Shown: positions 37,231-42,040 of the stretch, piece by piece | Position numbering within the stretch: the stretch's first letter is position 1 | Layout: each line of letters begins with the position of its first letter | Origin: Pilosibacter sp. | GTDB taxonomy: Bacteria > Bacillota > Clostridia > Lachnospirales > Lachnospiraceae | Direction: 5' to 3' | Length of the DNA stretch: 42,040 nucleotides | NCBI GenBank assembly: GCA_045647085.1 | Contig: JAZRLX010000201.1 | Span: 1 to 42,040 of the forward strand | Notes under the pieces: generated by a model | The model's input: the letters and a program-made list of their open reading frames with translations, nothing else | Database searches by the model: none | Told to the model about the DNA's origin: nothing | Translations under genes and position numbers: made by a program

Positions 37231-40200
37231 ATGTATTTAAAGAGTATTGAAGTTCAAGGTTTTAAATCGTTTGCCAATAAGATTGTGTTTGAATTTCACA
37301 ATGGCATTACCGGTATTGTAGGTCCAAACGGAAGCGGTAAGAGCAATGTTGCAGATGCCGTGCGATGGGTTCTCGGTGAACAGAAAGTAAAACAGCTCCG
37401 TAGCTCCAGTATGCAGGATGTAATCTTTGCCGGAACAGAGACGAGAAAACCTCAGGGATTTGCTTATGTAGCGATTACATTGGATAACTCGGATCATCAG
37501 CTGGCCATTGATTTTGATGAAGTAGTCGTTTCAAGACGTATTTATCGCTCTGGTGAAAGTGAGTATATGCTCAATGGAAGTCCGTGCAGATTGAAGGATA
37601 TCAATGAGTTGTTCTACGATACAGGTATCGGAAAAGAAGGATACTCTATTATAGGACAAGGACAGATTGATAAGATATTAAGTGGACGCCCGGAGGATAG
37701 ACGTGAATTGTTCGATGAGGCGGCTGGAATTGTAAAATTCAAACGCAGAAAGAACATTGCTCATAAGAAACTGGAAGATGAAAAACAGAATTTAATTCGT
37801 GTCAGTGATATTCTGAGTGAATTAGAAAAACAAGTTGGTCCGTTGGAAAAACAGGCAGCGACTGCCAAAGAATATTTACGTCTTAGAGATGAGTTAAAGC
37901 ATTATGATGTAAACTTGTTCCTGGCAGAAAATGGGATCATTCAGAAGAATCTCGCAGAGATTCGTGAAAAAGAAGCGGTTGTTTCCGGAGACATGGAAGA
38001 TTCCAGAAAAGAGTCAGAACAGATCAAATTAGAATATGATAGGCTGTCTGAGGAAATTTATGCTCTGGACAGCATGATTTCCGAAAAGCAGAATGCGGCA
38101 AATGAGGCCTATTTGCAGGCAGGAAATCTGGAAGGCCGAATTGGTGTTTTAAACGAACAGATTCGTGCAGAAGAAATGAATGCTGAGCATATTCGACAGC
38201 GTATTATGTCGATTGAAGCAGAGATCAACGAAAAAGAAGACAGCAGAAGACGATATCAGGCGGAGCGAGATGCATTGTCCGGAGAGGTCGATGTTATGAA
38301 GGCTGCTTTATTGAAAGCAGAAACTGCGTTAACAGATGCAGCAATTTTAGTTGATGAACTGGAGCAATCGATCGAAGCAGAAAAAGCGGCTTTGATCGAA
38401 GCGTTGAATGACAAATCAAAGCTTTCTGTAAAGAAGCAGCGCTTTGATACGATGTTAGAACAGATTCAGGTTCGCAGATCGGAAGTGATCCAGAAAATCT
38501 TAAAAGTCCGTTCAGACGAAGAAAACTGGGATATACAGATCAAAGAGCAGGAAGATCTTCTGGAACAGATTGATTCACGTATCGGAGAACTGTTAGATCT
38601 GGCAGATAATCTGGAAATCGAAGTTGATACAGCAACGGAAGAGATCCAGGATCTTAATAAAGAATTAAATAATCAACAGCAGACATACCACACAGCTTTT
38701 ACAAAGCTGGAATCTCTTCGAAACCTTGCGGAACGTTATGATGGATATGGAAACAGTATTCGTCGAGTGATGGAATGCAAGGATCGTGTAAAGGGAATTC
38801 ACGGTGTGGTTGCAGATTTGATCGATGTTCCAAAAGAATATGAGATTGCGATCGAGACAGCTCTTGGAGGCAGTATTCAGAACGTGGTAACAGATTCGGA
38901 ACAAACGGCCAAGATATTAATTGAGCATTTAAAGAAAAATAAACTTGGTCGTGCCACATTCCTTCCGCTTACAGCGATATCTAATCGTGGTGGTTTTGAG
39001 CAGAAGCAGGCGCTGCAGGAAATTGGTGTGATTGGAATCGCTTCTGATCTTGTAAATGCAGGAAAAGAATATCAGGGACTGGTTCAGTATCTTCTTGGAC
39101 GAGTTTTGGTGGTTGATCATATTGATCATGCGATTGCGATTTCCAGAAAGTATCGTCAGTCGATCCGTATTGTTACTCCGGACGGCGAATTGTTAAGCCC
39201 GGGCGGATCTATGAGTGGCGGTGCATTTAAAAACTCAAGCAATCTTCTCGGAAGAAAGCGCGAGATGGATGAACTGGAAGCTGCATGTAAGAAAGCCCTG
39301 GAACAGGTCGATATCATTCAGAAGGAGCTTGTATTTAAAGAGAGCCTTCTGGAAGAAAAGACGTTTGAATTGACACGAGCAAATAAAGAACTCCAGACAA
39401 AATATCTGGAAGAAAATACAGCCAGAATCTCACTGGAACAGTTGAAACAGAAGAAGGATGAGTTATCAGAATCTTCGGTGGATATGGATCTGGAAAATGT
39501 TCAGCTGGAAGATCAGATGAAAGAGATCAAGGCAAACATTGAAAGTGTTACAGGAGAGATGGTACTTCTGGAAACACAGAATGAAGAGCGAAACGATAAA
39601 ATCTCTCGCGAAAGCAAGGAATTGGAAGATGCGAAAGAGGCAAGAGAAACAGCATCGAAAGAATTGTCAGATGTTCAGCTTCGATCTCATGGCTTGATTC
39701 AGCAGGATTCCTTCATAGAAGAGAATCTCAAACGTGTCAAAGATGAAAGGGAACGTTTGGAATCAGAAAAATCATCACTTGGAGATGGTACTCATGGAAG
39801 TATCCGGATTATCAAGGATAAACAGGCTGAAATCGATACATTGAATAGTCAGATCGATGAGTTCCGTAAACAGGCAGAGTCATTCAGGGAAGAAGGAAAA
39901 CAGGCTCAAGTTTCAAAGGAAGAAAAGACAGCCGGCCAGAAACAATTCTTTGACAAAAGAGAAGAACTTTCTGAACATATCTCGACACTTGATAAGGAAT
40001 TATTCCGTCTTCAGAATCAGAGGGAAAAGCAGGAAGAAAAACGTGATTCATTTGTGGATTACATGTGGAGCGAATATGAATTGACATATTCTACCGCTGA
40101 AGCACTAAAAGATGAGACTTTGACTTCTGTACCGGAGATGAAGCGTCAGATCAATGATCGCAAAAACAGCATTCGTGCTCTTGGTCATGTCAATGTAAAT

Positions 40201-40791
40201 GCGATCGAAGATTATAAAGAAGTTTCTGAACGTTATACATTTATGAAAACACAGCATGATGATCTTGTGACTGCTCAGGAGGCTCTTTACAAGATTATTG
40301 AAGAACTTGATGCAGGAATGCGCAAACAGTTCGCAGAGAAGTTTTCTGAAATCCGCAGAGAGTTTGATAAAGTATTTAAAGAACTGTTTGGCGGCGGACA
40401 TGGAACATTAGAACTGGTTCAGGACGAGGATATTCTGGAAGCCGGAATTCAGATCATTGCACAGCCTCCGGGAAAGAAGCTGGTCAATATGATGCAGATG
40501 TCCGGTGGTGAAAAAGCATTAACTGCAATTTCATTGTTATTTGCGATCCAGAACCTGAAACCGTCACCGTTCTGTCTCCTGGACGAGATTGAGGCGGCAT
40601 TAGATGATTCTAACGTTGATCGTTATGCAAAATATTTACATAAATTGACAAAACATACTCAGTTTATTGTGATTACCCACAGACGTGGAACTATGGTTGC
40701 GGCTGATCGTCTGTACGGAATTACCATGCAGGAAAAGGGTGTATCCACTCTTGTTTCTGTAAATTTGATCGAAAATGATCTTGATAAATAG
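37231..40791 (+). CDS. smc: chromosome segregation protein SMC
   Basis: GPNGSGKSN, coiled coils, hinge GRATFLP/GGSMSGG, SGGEK, DEIEAALD. Confidence 0.98.
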   Translation: MYLKSIEVQGFKSFANKIVFEFHNGITGIVGPNGSGKSNVADAVRWVLGEQKVKQLRSSSMQDVIFAGTETRKPQGFAYVAITLDNSDHQLAIDFDEVVVSRRIYRSGESEYMLNGSPCRLKDINELFYDTGIGKEGYSIIGQGQIDKILSGRPEDRRELFDEAAGIVKFKRRKNIAHKKLEDEKQNLIRVSDILSELEKQVGPLEKQAATAKEYLRLRDELKHYDVNLFLAENGIIQKNLAEIREKEAVVSGDMEDSRKESEQIKLEYDRLSEEIYALDSMISEKQNAANEAYLQAGNLEGRIGVLNEQIRAEEMNAEHIRQRIMSIEAEINEKEDSRRRYQAERDALSGEVDVMKAALLKAETALTDAAILVDELEQSIEAEKAALIEALNDKSKLSVKKQRFDTMLEQIQVRRSEVIQKILKVRSDEENWDIQIKEQEDLLEQIDSRIGELLDLADNLEIEVDTATEEIQDLNKELNNQQQTYHTAFTKLESLRNLAERYDGYGNSIRRVMECKDRVKGIHGVVADLIDVPKEYEIAIETALGGSIQNVVTDSEQTAKILIEHLKKNKLGRATFLPLTAISNRGGFEQKQALQEIGVIGIASDLVNAGKEYQGLVQYLLGRVLVVDHIDHAIAISRKYRQSIRIVTPDGELLSPGGSMSGGAFKNSSNLLGRKREMDELEAACKKALEQVDIIQKELVFKESLLEEKTFELTRANKELQTKYLEENTARISLEQLKQKKDELSESSVDMDLENVQLEDQMKEIKANIESVTGEMVLLETQNEERNDKISRESKELEDAKEARETASKELSDVQLRSHGLIQQDSFIEENLKRVKDERERLESEKSSLGDGTHGSIRIIKDKQAEIDTLNSQIDEFRKQAESFREEGKQAQVSKEEKTAGQKQFFDKREELSEHISTLDKELFRLQNQREKQEEKRDSFVDYMWSEYELTYSTAEALKDETLTSVPEMKRQINDRKNSIRALGHVNVNAIEDYKEVSERYTFMKTQHDDLVTAQEALYKIIEELDAGMRKQFAEKFSEIRREFDKVFKELFGGGHGTLELVQDEDILEAGIQIIAQPPGKKLVNMMQMSGGEKALTAISLLFAIQNLKPSPFCLLDEIEAALDDSNVDRYAKYLHKLTKHTQFIVITHRRGTMVAADRLYGITMQEKGVSTLVSVNLIENDLDK

Positions 40792-40800
40792 GGGGATCCT

Positions 40801-41748
40801 ATGGAAGAGAAGAAAAAAGGCTTTTTTGCCCGTCTTGTATCGGGACTGAATAAAACAAGAGAAAATATTGTTTCCAGCATGGATTCTATTTTCTCGGGTT
40901 TTTCAGCGATCGATGATGACTTTTACGAGGAATTAGAAGAAACACTCATTATGGGTGATCTGGGAATCCAGACAACTATGGCAGTCATCGAAGAATTAAA
41001 GAAGACGGTTAAGGAACAGCATATTAAAGATCCGGCTCAGTGTCGTCAGGTTCTGATCGACAGCATTCAGAAAAAGATGGATCTGGGTGAAAATGCATAT
41101 GAGTTTGAAAACAGAAAGTCCGTTGTTCTGATCATCGGTGTCAACGGTGTTGGTAAGACAACATCCATTGGTAAACTGGCAGACCAGTTAAAAGGTGATG
41201 GAAAACGTGTCCTACTTGCAGCAGCGGATACTTTCCGTGCGGCTGCGATTGACCAGCTGGCAGAGTGGGCAAATCGTGCAGGTGTAGAGATCATCGCACA
41301 AAAAGAGGGATCTGACCCGGCAGCTGTAATTTTTGATGCAATTTCTGCGGCAAAATCCAGAAATGCAGATGTTTTAATTTGCGATACAGCGGGACGTCTT
41401 CATAATAAGAAAAACCTAATGGAAGAGCTTAAGAAGATCAACCGTATTATCGATAAAGAATATCCGGAGGCGTACCGTGAGACTTTGGTTGTTCTTGATG
41501 GAACCACCGGTCAGAATGCTCTTGTACAGGCAAGACAGTTCATGGAAGCGGCTGAGATCACCGGTATTATCTTGACAAAACTTGACGGAACTGCAAAGGG
41601 CGGCATCGCTGTTGCAATTCAGTCCGAATTGGGAATTCCTGTAAAATATGTAGGTGTTGGCGAGAAGATCGACGATTTACAGAAATTTAATTCCCATGAT
41701 TTTGTGAATGCACTGTTCCAGACAGAAAATAAAGAAAAAGGAGAATGA
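40801..41748 (+). CDS. ftsY: signal recognition particle receptor FtsY
   Basis: [31 protein letters not shown]. Confidence 0.97.
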   Translation: MEEKKKGFFARLVSGLNKTRENIVSSMDSIFSGFSAIDDDFYEELEETLIMGDLGIQTTMAVIEELKKTVKEQHIKDPAQCRQVLIDSIQKKMDLGENAYEFENRKSVVLIIGVNGVGKTTSIGKLADQLKGDGKRVLLAAADTFRAAAIDQLAEWANRAGVEIIAQKEGSDPAAVIFDAISAAKSRNADVLICDTAGRLHNKKNLMEELKKINRIIDKEYPEAYRETLVVLDGTTGQNALVQARQFMEAAEITGIILTKLDGTAKGGIAVAIQSELGIPVKYVGVGEKIDDLQKFNSHDFVNALFQTENKEKGE

Positions 41749-41752
41749 TGTT

Positions 41753-42040
41753 ATGGAAATGAAAGAACTTGCACGTCAGAATTTTGATGAGGCTTCTGCC
41801 ATCGTCAAAGAAGTTACACAGGAGACAAAACTGCTTTACTCTGAATTCTTCACAGAGAAGACAGGAAACGAAGTTTATATTAAACCGGAGAACTTACAGC
41901 GTACAGGCGCTTACAAAGTTCGCGGCGCTTACTACACAATCAGCCAGCTTTCTGAGGAAGACAAACAGAAAGGTCTTGTAACAGCTTCTGCCGGCAACCA
42001 CGCTCAGGGTGTGGCTTACGCTGCAAAACTTGCTGGTATC
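41753..42040 (+). CDS. ilvA: threonine ammonia-lyase, 5' part only (runs off the window; not in the ORF track)
   Basis: my translation: MEMKELARQNF...KPENLQRTGAYKVRGA (PLP Lys)...TASAGNHAQGVA; AAGGAG RBS at 41738-41743. Confidence 0.9.
   Translation, partial: MEMKELARQNFDEASAIVKEVTQETKLLYSEFFTEKTGNEVYIKPENLQRTGAYKVRGAYYTISQLSEEDKQKGLVTASAGNHAQGVAYAAKLAGI

Noticed and set aside
41769-41981. 70-aa ORF listed in the track after ftsY
   Set aside because: Wrong frame; the real gene starts at 41753 and encodes threonine ammonia-lyase motifs.
1-42040. CRISPR arrays, IS elements, prophage, defence or toxin-antitoxin systems, frameshifted pseudogenes
   Set aside because: No spaced repeats and no transposase, integrase or phage-like ORFs; identified genes look full length and intergenic gaps are all under about 250 nt apart from the tRNA region.

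Overview
Core-genome, housekeeping region of a low-GC Firmicute. Gene order and sequence style suggest Clostridia, most likely Lachnospiraceae (inference). It holds about 39 CDS, all but one on the + strand, and one tRNA-Leu(CAA). In order: proA; miaB-mutS-mutL-miaA-ynbB; a cell-shape/division operon (DUF4321-radC-mreC-mreD-pbp2-minCDE-rodA-mgsA-like-dacA); a small P-loop protein; tRNA-Leu; methionine gamma-lyase; a zf-HC2/polA/coaE/walJ-like/ACT/His-phosphatase/MTase/UPF0210 operon; tmcAL (minus strand); a c-di-AMP receptor of the DarA/PstA type; pta-ackA; yceD-rpmF; plsX-acpP-rnc-smc-ftsY; and the 5' end of a threonine ammonia-lyase. I see no mobile element, prophage, CRISPR array or defence island, and I cannot support a claim of a wholly new multi-gene system. 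The most interesting signals are subtle. They include an MgsA homologue with a substituted catalytic motif inside the cell-shape operon, an mre operon lacking mreB, an orphan zinc anti-sigma-like protein heading polA, and a highly expressed 139-aa P-loop protein of unknown function. Others are a DarA gene between tmcAL and pta-ackA, and several candidate regulatory sites (Rex, an 11-bp-phased repeat, a PucR-like box, an RNase III stem). All protein calls come from motif recognition only; no database searches were run.
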